This document shows, one piece after another, positions 38,041-51,181 of a DNA stretch of 64,000 nucleotides; the first letter of the stretch is position 1, and each line of letters begins with the position of its first letter. A model generated the notes under the pieces. It worked only from the letters and a program-made list of their open reading frames with translations, ran no database searches and was not told the DNA's origin. Made by a program: the position numbers and the translations under genes. The stretch is from Mytilus trossulus (taxonomy: Eukaryota), in the NCBI RefSeq assembly GCF_036588685.1, contig NC_086380.1:39308001-39372000 (forward strand), given 5' to 3'.

Positions 38041-38407
38041 GGTGTCATGGGGTATAAAATAAAAATTATAGAATTTGATCATACTTTGCCGAAAACGTAG
38101 TATATATTGTGATATGTTCAAAAATATAATACATTTTCTATAGCTACAGGTTGTGACAAAATGACAGTAGGCTTCTTCGAGTGCTAATTTATAAATAGAA
38201 ACGAAAAAAAAAAAAAAAAATCAAGTTAAAAATAGAATGATACTTTTAAAAAAATTTCATATATATTTCATAAATTAAAATCTTAAAATTGTATTCTTTT
38301 AATAGTAATTCACATTAGTTGTTTGCATTCCCTATACAATTTTGCAAATTTCACCTAAGGTTCTCTCTTATTTACCATCCAAGATGGCGAAAGACACCCA
38401 TACTACC
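38041..38407. mobile_element. Degenerate TTAA-type MITE
   Basis: ggtgtcatgggg versus acccatactacc|ttaa. The TIR is imperfect and the left flank reads ttta. Confidence 0.45.
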
Positions 38408-38411
38408 TTAA

Positions 38412-38764
38412 GGATGTACTTTAGTCAGGTTTACAGTCAGGATTTTTTGTTAAATGTTCGGATTCTACTTTTCATTTTTCTTTCAAATAACCATGACTTA
38501 AATAGATCATGAAAGTCATCTACTAAAATTTAAGCAGATTCTAGATTACTTTTTTTTTCAAATCCAAATTTAGAACAAAATAACACCAATGCAAATATGG
38601 CGTATAAGTCCGAGTCAGCCTTTTCCTATCTTTAAAAAAAAATATCTTGGAAATGGAGCCACAATATTTCTAGCTAATTTTGTTCCTTAATTAACTCTCT
38701 TCTGATAACAGTTTCAATGTTTAATTTAAGATCTCCAAGATTACTATCAAGTTAAAGTACATCC
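38412..38764. mobile_element. Kolobok-type MITE with TTAA TSD
   Basis: TTAA|ggatgtacttta ... taaagtacatcc|TTAA. Confidence 0.85.
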
Positions 38765-39167
38765 TTAAAAGAGGGACGAAAGATACCAAAGGGACAGTCA
38801 AACTCGTAAATCTAAAACAAACTGACAACGCCATGGCTAAAAATGAAAAAGACAAACAGAAAAACAATAGTACACATGACACAACATAGAAAACTAAAGA
38901 ATAAACAACACGAACCCCACCAAAAACTAGGGGTGATCTCAGGTGCTCCGGAAGGGTAAGCAGATCCTGCTCCACATGCGGCACCCGTCGTGTTGCTTAT
39001 GTGATTACAAATCCGGTAAATAGTCTAATTCGGTAGGTCAAATTCATGAAAGGGAAGGGGATTGTAGTTACGACGTAAGGAACATATCCGATATTATTTG
39101 TGAAACGGTTATTCCATAATGGTCAACCAACTCGTGATGGTGTCCGTAAAATTTACGAAGGGATGAT
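38765..39167 (-). mobile_element. Penelope-like element 3' fragment
   Basis: Nearly identical to 5199-5596. Confidence 0.85.
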
Positions 39168-41549
39168 GTTAACGAAATCTGCAAAGTACTATTTTGTCTA
39201 GGGGAAGATAAATTCAACAGATGGCACGGTTAGCATGTTTTTCCCACTTTGGAACAGCTAGAATAATGTATTTTTTCTTCGTTTAAATGATCAAATTAAA
39301 AAATTTGTCAAACTACGCGTCCGTTCCAGTTTCAATGCGCATACTGCTATACACTATTAATCAATACTTTCACGCTTAATGAACATAAATAAATGAGTTA
39401 TGATTTCTAACAAGACAGCTGTCCTGTAGATGTCAAAAGGTGTTGATGTCAGCAACCATTGATTACAAAAGGTCCTACAAAATCATCAAAACCCATATCA
39501 TACAGAAATCTTTTATTATATGGCCCCGTCATGACAATCCAAAAAGAGAAAACCAACGACATTCTCTGTGCTATAATTTGATATGAAGCAACTAAATGTA
39601 ATCAGTCTTTGGACGGGAGCATAAAGCATGTCGCAAAGTTAAATACATTTGAAAGTTATCAACCCTCTTTATTAGGTGGGATAGTGGTTTAACAGCACAA
39701 CATAACACCAGATATACAAAAACAAACCGTGAAGGACTAGACTCATCTGTTTGGCACAAAACTGCATATGTTTCACCGAGGACTAAAACATCATTCAAAA
39801 CACCACCAACTGATTTAGTATTAGACGTCATAAGCATTCAAAGAAACAAATGACCATTTCGTCGCTGGGCTTCCAAAATGTCGTATATGAATTTTTTTTA
39901 ACTAAAATATACTTTGTATTATTAAGATAAAAACAAACAAAAAAAACCAAAAAAACACAGATGCTACTGAACTTTATTAATAAAGTTATAAAAAGGATTT
40001 ATGAAAAATGTTAGTAAAGATTTTAAGAACTTTTTTCGCGCATTTTCATAAACTAAATTAAATTATTCTAAAAGACAGATTACTGAAACGTAAAGAAACA
40101 ATTATTTGAAAACCCTATACCACAATGCAAATTAGTTTTTGTAAAATAATACTTCACTTTGACGCAGACGACAAATTTAACTTTTTTTTACTTCAGGAAA
40201 ACCAATATTTATGTTACCGAATGGTTCTTATGCAGCAATACTTTTGGATGAGGTAAAACTTATTACAGTTTGGCCATTTTTTTTAGTCTTTATACATTTT
40301 GTAGATCACAGCGAATATGTTAAAATTTAAAATTGATTACCGTGGACATATTCTTTTTTTCAAATTATCGACGAAAGCTAGCATTTGGTCTACGAAGGCA
40401 TTTGTAACCCTATTAACTGTGAGCAATGTACCAAATATAAAAAGCCGCATAAACACAAAAACGCATACTACATTGTACGACTTTGTGTTACCTTATATTT
40501 ACTAACCATAGGAGAGACACTAAAAAAAGAAGCCTTGTATCACTCTATAAAAAAATATATACGTGGTAAAATTGCCAATGAGACTACTCTCCTGAAAAGA
40601 ACAAGATGAAACACAAATTAACAACTATAGGTCAGTATACGCTCTTCAACAATGAGCAAAGCCCAAACCAAAGTCAGCTATAAAAGGACTTAAAATGTCA
40701 AATGATAAACAATGCACACGGGAAAACAAATTATATAGTACAGCAATAAACGGCTACCACAGAAAATATAGTCTCCTGACTTGTTACAGGCACAAACAGA
40801 AGTTGACAGGTTAAACATGTTAGCGGGTACCCAATTTTTCCCCAACTTCAGAAAGATGTTTAACAGTACAACCACTGAAGCAACATAACAACAAACTATA
40901 AAATCAGTCGAAAAAGGCTTAACTTTTCATACGAGCATAAATAGAAATACACCTTACATACACACATAGTGGACATGAGCTTTACTTTTTCACCCAACAA
41001 CAAACAGACGCGAAGTTAAGATCTTAGAGTTATCGCAGTAACTGACAGCTAGTTCAAAGTCACTAACAATGAATACAAAAATCTTGCATCTAAGACTACT
41101 AGTATATTTATTGTCAACCAACAGCAAATAAAGTATCAGTAATGGATACGTTGAAACAGAAATTAATAATACACAGCAGACATATAGGTATACTGACCGA
41201 CTTGAGAAACGCAACACTAGATTATTGTATTGTTATTGTTGAATGAATGTGTCACCGTCAAAAGCGATGACTGCCTGTTACAAACGCCAAAATGATTGTC
41301 AGAATGGTCAACAAATTCTGTCTCACATGATTTTGGTTCTGTTTAACACCTTCTGATTTTGCATTTGTTCAACCCATTAATTGGTTTTGGCAAGTATGCG
41401 ATTGGAATTTAAGGGGATTAAAAATATTTCTTCAGTCGAATTTAAGGCGATGCAGTTGATGGGAAACATTTATGGAATGCATCTGTACGCAATGGGATTC
41501 GGCAATTTGATAAGCAGTTGACGTTGCGGCCGAAAACATGTCTGGCAAT

Positions 41550-41790
41550 ATTTATCAAAGGTACCAGGTTTATATAATTTAGTACGCCAGACGCGCGTTT
41601 CGTTTACATAAGACTCATCAGTGACGCTCATATCAAAATATTTATAAAGCCAAACAGGTTCAAAGTTGAAGAGCATTGAGGATCCAAAATTTCCCAAAAA
41701 TTGTGCCAAATACGGCTAAGGGAATCTTTGCCTGGGATAAGAAAATCCTTAGTTTTTTTTTCGATAATTCAAAGTTTTGTAAACCGGAAT
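41550..41790 (-). mobile_element. Retrozyme-like repeat
   Basis: The reverse complement matches 7515-7737. Confidence 0.8.
41584..41627 (-). ncRNA. Minimal type I hammerhead ribozyme
   Basis: gcguca-CUGAUGA-gucu-uaugu-aaac-GAAA-cgcgcG-UC-uggcgu. The core and GUC site are intact, stem III is a short palindrome, and stem II has one mismatch. Confidence 0.85.
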
Positions 41791-42593
41791 GACGTTACGT
41801 TACCAAATTATGTTGGCGTTTCATTGTCACTACACGTTGGTCTGTTCATTGATGGCCAGCAACAAATCTTGTCTACTTGTATCGTTGTCGGAAGAACAGT
41901 AAGACGAGTTTTTGAAGTCATACAGTATGGTTGCATTCTTAAGGGCTGATTCAGTTTTTTTTAATTTCTCAGTATTGACAATATTGATATACAACATTTT
42001 TTAACTGATTTCAGTGTGGCAAAGGATTGAAAAAACTGTTTCACAAAGCAGAAAAACTGAAACAATCTTTCATGGGTCCAAAATTCGCTTTAAAAATTCG
42101 TGCGACTTCAAAAATTCGGTATGTTCAATAACCAATGGTTATTCAGATTTTGATTGTTTTGCAAAGAGAAAGAAGTGTTGTAAGCATGAAAAGCATTTGT
42201 AAGAGAATAAATTGAAACACCATTTGGTAAAACAAATCAACACAATGAGTGTTGCGTTTTTAAAGTCGTTCAGTATAACATACATTTTTCAATCCCGATG
42301 AATAACATAGAACTATTGTCATCCTCGACCTTTCTTATACTTGTCACTGGGCATTAGGCTAAACACCAATTTATTGAACATTATGGCTAAAATATAAAAA
42401 TTGAATACTTGGAAATGGTACTGTTAGTGTATTTAAATTTTATCTGTCTTGTATTATAAAATTATCAAATACTTTTTGTAACAGTTAGTCCATTCTCGGT
42501 TGTGAGTGTCGATTGCCAATTATTTTTTAAAATCTTTATTTAAAAAAAATGACGAATACATAAATGACCTGATTACAATTTCATTTTACTCAG

Positions 42594-43706
42594 AACCCTG
42601 ACGATGAGCAACACAACTCTATGCTACAGGAACGGATCACCAATTTAAAACAGTTTTGCAAATATCATCCCAATTTATATCCCAACAGAAAGCTTGTACA
42701 CCAACCTCTTGTTGACGAAATATTGCGTGTAAAATGCTGTTGGATAGAAAAAGTCGGTTCATCATTCATGAAAAGTTTCTTTAGGCATTTCCAAAATTAT
42801 ACGTTAGCAAGAAAAACAAAACTTAACCACCAAACAAAGCATGGAAGTACTGACCAACACATAAATCGACAACGACAAAAGGGAGATAACTATACAAGGA
42901 TAATGATAGTGCGAGATCCTTTCGAAAGACTTTTATCTGGTTACATAGATAAGTTTTTCTTGCCAAGTCCAATATTTTGGAAAAAGAGAGGAAGGTATAT
43001 TATAAAACATTTTAGACCCAATTCGTCAGTAAAAGAACAATCATGTGGACACAATGTTACGTTCTTGGAGTTTATTCAGTACGTCGTCCATGTTACAACT
43101 CGAGAAAAAAACATGGAGGAACCACACTTTACGCCAATGCACACACACTGTAAACCTTGTTTGATCCATTATGATTTCGTATGGAAACTCGAGACAATAA
43201 AATGGGATTTTAAACATACCATCAAACATCTTCCGAATAGAAAAGAACTCCATATCGATGGTTTTGATTTCCGAATGGACAAAGAACATTTATCATCCGA
43301 TGTTATCTCTAGAATTGCGTTTATGTTCGAACGGAGATATGACATTGAAAAGTGTATAACATTTTATGAAGCTTGTCAAAGAACTTGGCGAGGATTTCAA
43401 ATGAGAGGGGTAATTGATAAAAACCATAAATTCCCTCTTATTTCACTTCCGGAAGATTTCAATGTTACGATGTACAAAGACCTTGTTATGAAAGCATCAA
43501 ATTCGATAATATCCAAGTCTAAAGTCAAAAGTCAGAAAAAAGAAGTTTTTCTAGAGTCGTACAGTCTTCTACCAGTTAATCTTTTAGAACAGCTAGAAGG
43601 AGCAGTTACTAAGATAGATAGTGAAATGTTCAACTATAGAAAAAGTCTTAGGCTACTGTTGCAGGAATACAAAAGAAATAATTTTAGTTATTTTGACTTT
43701 TTATAG
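42594..43706 (+). CDS. Carbohydrate sulfotransferase (Sulfotransfer_2; CHST8-14/CHST11-like), main coding exon
   Basis: 5'-PSB CWIEKVGSSFMK, 3'-PB IVRDPFERLLSGYIDKF, TFLEFIQY and HFTPM..CKPCLIHYDFVWKLET. Phase-0 acceptor ttttactcag at 42593. Confidence 0.92.
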   Translation, partial: NPDDEQHNSMLQERITNLKQFCKYHPNLYPNRKLVHQPLVDEILRVKCCWIEKVGSSFMKSFFRHFQNYTLARKTKLNHQTKHGSTDQHINRQRQKGDNYTRIMIVRDPFERLLSGYIDKFFLPSPIFWKKRGRYIIKHFRPNSSVKEQSCGHNVTFLEFIQYVVHVTTREKNMEEPHFTPMHTHCKPCLIHYDFVWKLETIKWDFKHTIKHLPNRKELHIDGFDFRMDKEHLSSDVISRIAFMFERRYDIEKCITFYEACQRTWRGFQMRGVIDKNHKFPLISLPEDFNVTMYKDLVMKASNSIISKSKVKSQKKEVFLESYSLLPVNLLEQLEGAVTKIDSEMFNYRKSLRLLLQEYKRNNFSYFDFL

Positions 43707-44129
43707 CTTGATATTTGAAAAAAAATGGTAAAATCCAAAATATTAGTTAATTTAAGAGAGATAAATTTAGTTAACATACTTCAGTTAGGTTTATATAACA
43801 TCATTTATTACAACATTTTTTTTCTAACAACTTGGACATAGCCACATTGTAAATCATTGTGTCAAGACTGCTTTGACTACATGTAAAATCATTTATCTAG
43901 TACAATCCACTCAGCGGTTGCTATTCTAATATTTCAATCGACTTAAAATATATATTTTTTTTACATATTAAGTTACATGTTATTAAAAATTTGACAATCT
44001 TTTTATTCTGATTTTTTATTGTATTTTTTGTTCCATTAGAACCATAGAGGAAAAAAACTACACTTTGACAGGTCCAAGTCGAAAAACTTGTATCTCCTTG
44101 TAAAATAAAACAAAATAATAGGCTACATA

Positions 44130-44903
44130 GGACGCATTGCATTTGCGCCAAGTTTTGAAAATTACAATCTTTCATTTGCACCACGAGGTTATATTTCATT
44201 TGCGCCATAAAATAAAAACTTCATTTGCGCCATTTAACAGGTAATTCAGGTAAGATATAACGGAAATGATATAGTATTCAATGCTCTAAAAGGTTTGCCT
44301 CTACAGTATTCCCCCTGGATATTTGAGTGAGTAAAATGCCATACTCATTTCTGAAGCTGAGAGTCACTAACTAAAGGTTTATAAGGTTTATAATAATATA
44401 TTATAATAATAGTGTTCACATGTTCGAGGTGTCCATATGGACATTTTCAATTAGATATAAACCATGCACATTTAGATTATCATTAGATCATATTTTCTGA
44501 AAAATGAGGACAAGTGGTTTAGTAGTACCCCAAATAAAATAAAACCTTACAAAGCCAGTATAACAACTGACATGGACTGCAGAACTATCTTTTGGATCAA
44601 AATGGTATGCACATGAGAGGGGGGATTTTCCAGACAGGAATATATCAGGATCGTCGCTTACAAGTTTTTTGCCAGGATAGACATATTACTTTACTATTGT
44701 GCATCATGCTTAAAACTGTCCAAATGTATTACTCAAGTATTTATTATCAAAAGTCTCTGTTTTGTACTATTTACCTGTATTTACTTTTGACATTGGCGCA
44801 AATGAAAGGTTTTTATTTTGGCGCAAATGAAGTATGGTTTGTGGCGCAAATGAAAGATTTTTTTGGCGCAAACGAAATGCCAATTGGCGCCAATGCAAAG
44901 CAC
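44130..44903. mobile_element. MITE with subterminal TTTCATTTGCGCCA arrays
   Basis: Four direct copies at 44139-44233 and about five inverted tggcgcaaatgaa copies at 44794-44896. Confidence 0.8.
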
Positions 44904-45009
44904 CGGCTACATAGTATGCACTTGAAACAGTTGCCAAATGTGTGACATACATATGTATAATGTCATTAATTGCTATATATTGTTCACAGAATGGATATGT
45001 CGGTGTTAC

Positions 45010-45210
45010 AGAATGCCCATATATGTTGTGGTAAAAGAACGCACATGTAGGTGTAGCAGAACGCACGCGTTGTTGTAAAAGAACGCACATATTTTAAAAG
45101 AACGCACATGTTTTAAAAGAACGCACATGTTGGTGTCACAGCACGCACATGTTGGTTTCAAAGAACGCCCATGTTCTTGTCACAGAACGCACATATTGTT
45201 GAAACAGAAC
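45010..45210 (+). repeat. Minisatellite, ~20-22-bp unit AGAACGCACATGT
   Basis: About 8-9 copies are visible. Confidence 0.85.
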
Positions 45211-48200
45211 AAATATGTTTCGTATATTCTGTAGACTTAATTGGAGTTGCTTTAAAAAATTGCAAAAGAAGCGGGATTAAATTGATCCCTTATAAAAAAA
45301 ACACATTATTTTATCGTTTTGATGAGAACGAAATTGAATTACGAAACTACATATTAGAATGTCTTGAAAGTAAATGCTGTTGACATTGAAATAATTCGAT
45401 CTATGCTTTATTATTAAAAGTCTTAGAAGTAATCGGCACTTTTTTATTCTCAAATATTTTGGCCATTTTACTCTGTTCTTTTGTTTATTTTTCCTGTATT
45501 TTTTTTTTAAAGATAAATGTGTTATTTGTGACGTTATTACTACAAATAAAATCAGCTACCGAACATTGTGGTAATGAAAAAGCTTTTCCATAATAAGATT
45601 GATTTGAGTTTTGCCTTTTTTTTTTTTTTTATTCAATCCCTTCCTTTCATTTATAGAACCCAAATAAATGATATATATTCTGTCTTAAGAGACTCGTCTT
45701 ATACCCACGTCTTGTTGATCACAATGTTGATGGGCAAAGGAACATTGTTCAAATTGAATTAGCTCCCCTTTGCCATAATAAATCACAATTTTAAAGCAGC
45801 TAAACTTTATATGTATGCAAGGTAGCATCTCTTTCCATATACAATCTTACTGCTAAGTAGTAAACTGAAAATTTGTGAAAAATGATTCCTATGGTAAGAT
45901 AACTCATTATATTCTTCTGTATTTGTTATAGAATATTCATGAAATATTTGCGACTGTACCAATTTAAATAGGACGTACTCGGTCAAATATATTTATTTTT
46001 GAAAACTCGTATCGTACTTTAGCTTCTTCAATATTCCATTGTGAATCATATACAGTGATCATATATAAAGACAACATAATAAATAAACAAACTTGTAGAT
46101 GATACTTTACCAATAAATTAACGAGACGGATTTAAAATTTGTCAAAGAAACTACATGCTAGATCGATTGACTTTTGCAGCTTATGAGTAGGTTATTCAGT
46201 TTTTTCAACTTCGCTCTTCGAGCAAGAGTAGAGATTAATGATTCAACATCACTATAAAGGTTAAAAGAAGTACATAAAGATGATTGGAGCCACCTAGATC
46301 TTGCATCCAAGATAGTAGTTAGAAGAAAATTTATTTTCTGCTGCCCTAGTAATTAGAAATCAAAATTGAAATAGTGAGAAATAAATGAGTGTTGGCCAAT
46401 GTTGTAGAAATAGCGAGAAATTAAGAGAAAACTCTCTGGGGCGTTAAATATTTTCTATACCAAATTTAGCAAGGGGTGTTCTTCATTTATACTATTTCGA
46501 AAATTCCGGAACTGTTGAGTACCCATAACAAATGTCATTTTTCTATATAAAAAAAAAAAAAAACAACCTGCTGCACCAAATGTGTTTTGCAGTGTCAATT
46601 ACACCCAAAGGTGTTGATAATTCAGATTCCGATTTTTTTTCAATGGATTTTTGATAGAAAAAAAAGCAGGACAAAAAGGAATACCATCATGGTATTAATT
46701 ACTTTCGTGTAACCTAAAAACAAAAGCAGAAGTAATGCTTTGACATCGATTAGGCAACAATTTAGAAAATCATAGGCTAATTCTTAAATGCAATCTAAAT
46801 TTTAATGTGGTACAATTTAACTGTGAAGACTTCGATCAGGTTATGTTTCTTCTTTCTCATTTTAAAGATCACATGTTGAGCCTGAAATAACAAAAAAAAA
46901 AAGATTAAACATTAATTTTCTATGTTGACAAATGTACTATAAAGCCGATATTAACTGCGCTTGCTATATTTTATTGTGGCACATACTTTTTTGTTTGTTG
47001 TTTTTCGTTTCTAAACCCAGACTCAGAGTAAAATTCAAATCCCGTACTTTATTTTTCCATTATATACATGTAGCAATTCATGTTCGAATGCAGCATATTT
47101 GTAATTATAATAACATGTTCTATAAATCAGTGTAATTTCAAATAGTTAGTTGCTAATAAACAACCTATTAAAAGTAGGCACAGCATTTCTTTATATAGCG
47201 GCCATGACATAGTCCATATCCTCTGATAACTTTCCCGTCACAAGGACTGTCGACCTCTATACACACTCCGCTATGAGATCTGCATCGCCTTTCTACCCCT
47301 GTAGCATATAATTACTGTATTTAATATTATACATATAAGTGTTTTAGAAAATATAAGACAATAACAGATAATAACCATATCTCGAAAAAACGGATTAGTA
47401 TCAAGTATCTTATTTAGGCAAATATGATGAAGAAAGTATATGAACAACACAAAGCTGAGAGGGTGATAGAGGAGATTTGTACCCGAGAAAACATTGTAAA
47501 CCGCGGCGAACCGTGGTTGTTTTTGCCCGAGCGATAGTGAACGAAATGCATCATATACTTATTTAAACGGTTCAGTTATAAACCGAAAGACACTGTCTTT
47601 CAATGTTTTAAAATTCCGTAATTAAGTAGTTTAATTATCTTGAGTAAACTTAAAGACAAATATCAACGGACCAAGATGACAAGTAGCCTACGTGTTACTA
47701 AGTGTAACTTGAGTTCATGTTAAAGTATATTATTAACTACAAATGTATATTATAAGGTGCCTAGAAAATCAACATAACGATGTTAGAGTAGATTTGATTC
47801 GTAACTTCCTCCCCGGCGCCGGGGCTTAAAACTGTACCTTTTTTCTAACTTCCACGACAACGCCGCCTAGCATTGTGCAGATACCTTATTACCTCCTCCA
47901 ACTCTAGCTTATAAAAATAAGCCCTCGTTTCGGGAGGTGTTACCTGCTTGTAGGAATTAAACACGAATCTCTGATTCAATACACGAAGTATTTATTTTTA
48001 GTGTACAGAAATGATCATCTACTATAAACTATATAAGGTAAGATACATATATATAATGACTATAATAAACACTTTTATACATAAAATAGAACTAAAAACA
48101 CCGAAACTTAATGTTATTATACAAGTTCGAGGAAGAAGATTGAACTGGGAAGCACTTTTTCACAATTGGAGAATATCTCATTGAAATAGCTCTTGTAAAG

Positions 48201-48629
48201 AGTGGTTTCAAGAATAAAAAGAAAACAAATAGAGTGAACCCACCCTACTATAACTAATATAAGATTTTTAAAAAATCTTTCATTAAGATAAAAAGTATCA
48301 CAAATGAAATATATTTTTGTATTTCATTGGCCCATTAAAACATGTAAATAAATAGAGATAGACAGATCATTTGCAACTACATTTGTACTTGCGGTAAAAA
48401 TTACTTTAGTCCCAAGTTTTATTAAATTATACTTACAATAACCCCGGTCCATTGGACCACCGAGGAAAGTGGATTTTCCTTTAAAAAAAAGAAAAAAATA
48501 AAGTTACAAAAATAAAGAAAAATAAAATATTATATTTGCACCACAAACATCTACAACAGGTTCTTTCCTGACAATAGACTAGATAAAGCAGTTATTATTT
48601 ACCATTATTATTTAACTATGATGACATAT

Positions 48630-49310
48630 AAAATTGAAAATGGAACAGCGGAATGTGTCAAAGAGACAACAACCCGACCAAATAAAAAAACAACAGCAGA
48701 AGGTCACTAACAGGTCTTCAATGTAGCGAGAAATTCCCGCACCCGGAGGTGTCCTTCAGCTGGGACCCTAAACACATATATACTAGTTCAGTGATAATGA
48801 ACGCCATACTAATTTCCAAATTGTACTTAAAATAATACAAGACTAACAAAGGTCAGAGGCTCCTAACTTGGGACAGGCGCAAAAATGCGGCGGGGTTAAA
48901 CATGTTTGTGAGATCTCAACCCTTCCCCTGTACCTCTAACCAATGTGGAAAAGTAAACGCATAACAATACGCACATGAAAATTCAGTTCATGAGAAGTCC
49001 GAGTCTGATTTCAGAAGATGTAACCAAAGAAAATAAACAAAATGACAATAATACATAAATAACAACAGACTACTAGCAGTTAACTGACATGCCAGCTCCA
49101 GACTTCAATTAAACTGACTGAAAGATTATGATTTCTTCATATGAACATTAGGCACAATCCTTCCCGTTAGGGGTTTAGTATCATACCATCATAACATATA
49201 TGAGAAGAACATAACCCGTGTCATGCCAACAACTGTTTTTAGAATAAATGTGTTTAGTTCCGATGCAAAGACCTTATTAGTGACTCAATATTAACGCCAA
49301 AATATGCAAT
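48630..49310 (-). repeat. Long copy of the interspersed repeat seen at 4693-4942
   Basis: Direct sequence match in inverted orientation. Confidence 0.8.
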
Positions 49311-51107
49311 CTTTTGTTAGTTTCTGACGATTTACTTAAGTAAAGAATGTATACTATAAGAATACTTGTAAATATATAAATGATATAGGGGGTAATACTT
49401 GTATGTGGGATAACAAAAGTCAAATATTCCAGAACTTGAAACAACTTCAATATAGTTATCAAGTTTGGGCCACTCTCTCTTTTTTCAGATTACACGATCA
49501 TATAATCGAAAAACACGTGCATTTAATTACCTTAACATACTGTAAGTTTCTTGAGATCTCTTAATGTGCAAAAAAAAATATGTTTAATTATACTATACGC
49601 AAGACAAATTGGATGTTCTTCAATCATATAATCTATTGATTTTAAAATAAAACAAAGAGCAACAATAAAATACAATTTTATAAACTGACTAAGCAATAAT
49701 TTGCTTTTAGCTTTATGTCCAGTGGCAGATATTTCTTGCAACACAATACTTAACGATAAATCGAAATGCCGTTTCTACTGAGTCGATCGTATTAAATAAC
49801 AAGAGCGTGCATTTAGACTTCCAGTGGGGTATTTTGGATAGGGTATGACATTATCCCTTGTAACAGGTCACCTATGGATCCTCAACAGATTTGATGGTAT
49901 CGTTTTATAACGTTCAACTTGTGATTGACATTCATCTTTAACGACCCATTTATGGGTCATTGCTGCGTATTTACACATCTTGCGCAATGATTATGTATAA
50001 CTATATAAAAAAAAAGAAGACGTGGTATGATTGCAAATGAGACAACTCTCCACAAGAGACCAAAATGACACAGAAACTAACAACTATAGGTTACCGTACG
50101 GCCTTCAACAATGATCAAAGTTAAGCTATAAAAGGCCCGAAATAACAATGTAAAACATTTCAAACGAGAAAACTAACGGCCTTATTTGTGTTCAAAAATA
50201 AAACAAAAAACAAATATGGAACAGATAAACAAACAACAACCACCGAATTACAGGCTCCTGGCTTGAGACAACCACATACAAAAAGAATCCGGTGGATGGA
50301 AACATGTTAGCGGGATCCCAACCCTCCCCTATATGGGACAGTGGTATTACAGTACATGCATAACATAAAGAACGAACTATAAACATCAGTTGGAAAAGGC
50401 TTAACGCATCAGAATGATAACAATACAAGTGGACATGGATTTTTGTCTATCTTTACGTGCAGTATGGTTTTACTGTCAGATTCGAGAAATTCACGTACGA
50501 CAATACACAATTCGAATGCATCCGAGTACAGGTACACAATTATTTCTATTTGTTAAAAAATCATTTGCGTTTAAGGACATCCGATACTTATATAACAAAA
50601 ATTTTCAAACAAGGAAACATACATTTTTTAATATAGCATTACAAGATTAAGCTCTCAGCGTCATTATTATTTCCATATAGTAATCCAATACGGAATACGG
50701 GATTTTGAGTGTCCAAGCATTGTCAGTGTACACTATAATTTAGTAATAGAGTAAGTGACATGTTGTTCTTAAAATATCTTCAGATTCACATTTGATATAT
50801 AACCATTTTCAATACAAACGTACACTGCATATATCTTATAAGTAAATAATTGATTTCCAAATTGAAATAAACAAACTTACTGATAACTGTATTCAAACAT
50901 AACCCAAGATTACAAGCCAATAGGAACCAAACAAACATATTCATTTTGCACTACTTTGAAACAACAGTAAAGAATAAAACACTCATGCCGATTTTTGTAT
51001 TGATTTTGTTTCGTATGTCTTTAGTCTGTAACATTTGGAGACAGATACATTACGTTTTTATCAAAAACATTAAATATTTCCAAGAAAAGTTAAAAAGAAA
51101 AATCAAT

Positions 51108-51181
51108 ATTGTCCTACATTTATAAGTCTAATTTATTTTTTAAAATTGTCCTACATTTATAAGTCTAATTTGATTTTTAAA
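51108..51181 (+). repeat. 37-bp tandem duplication
   Basis: attgtcctacatttataagtctaattt..tttttaaa occurs twice. Confidence 0.9.
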
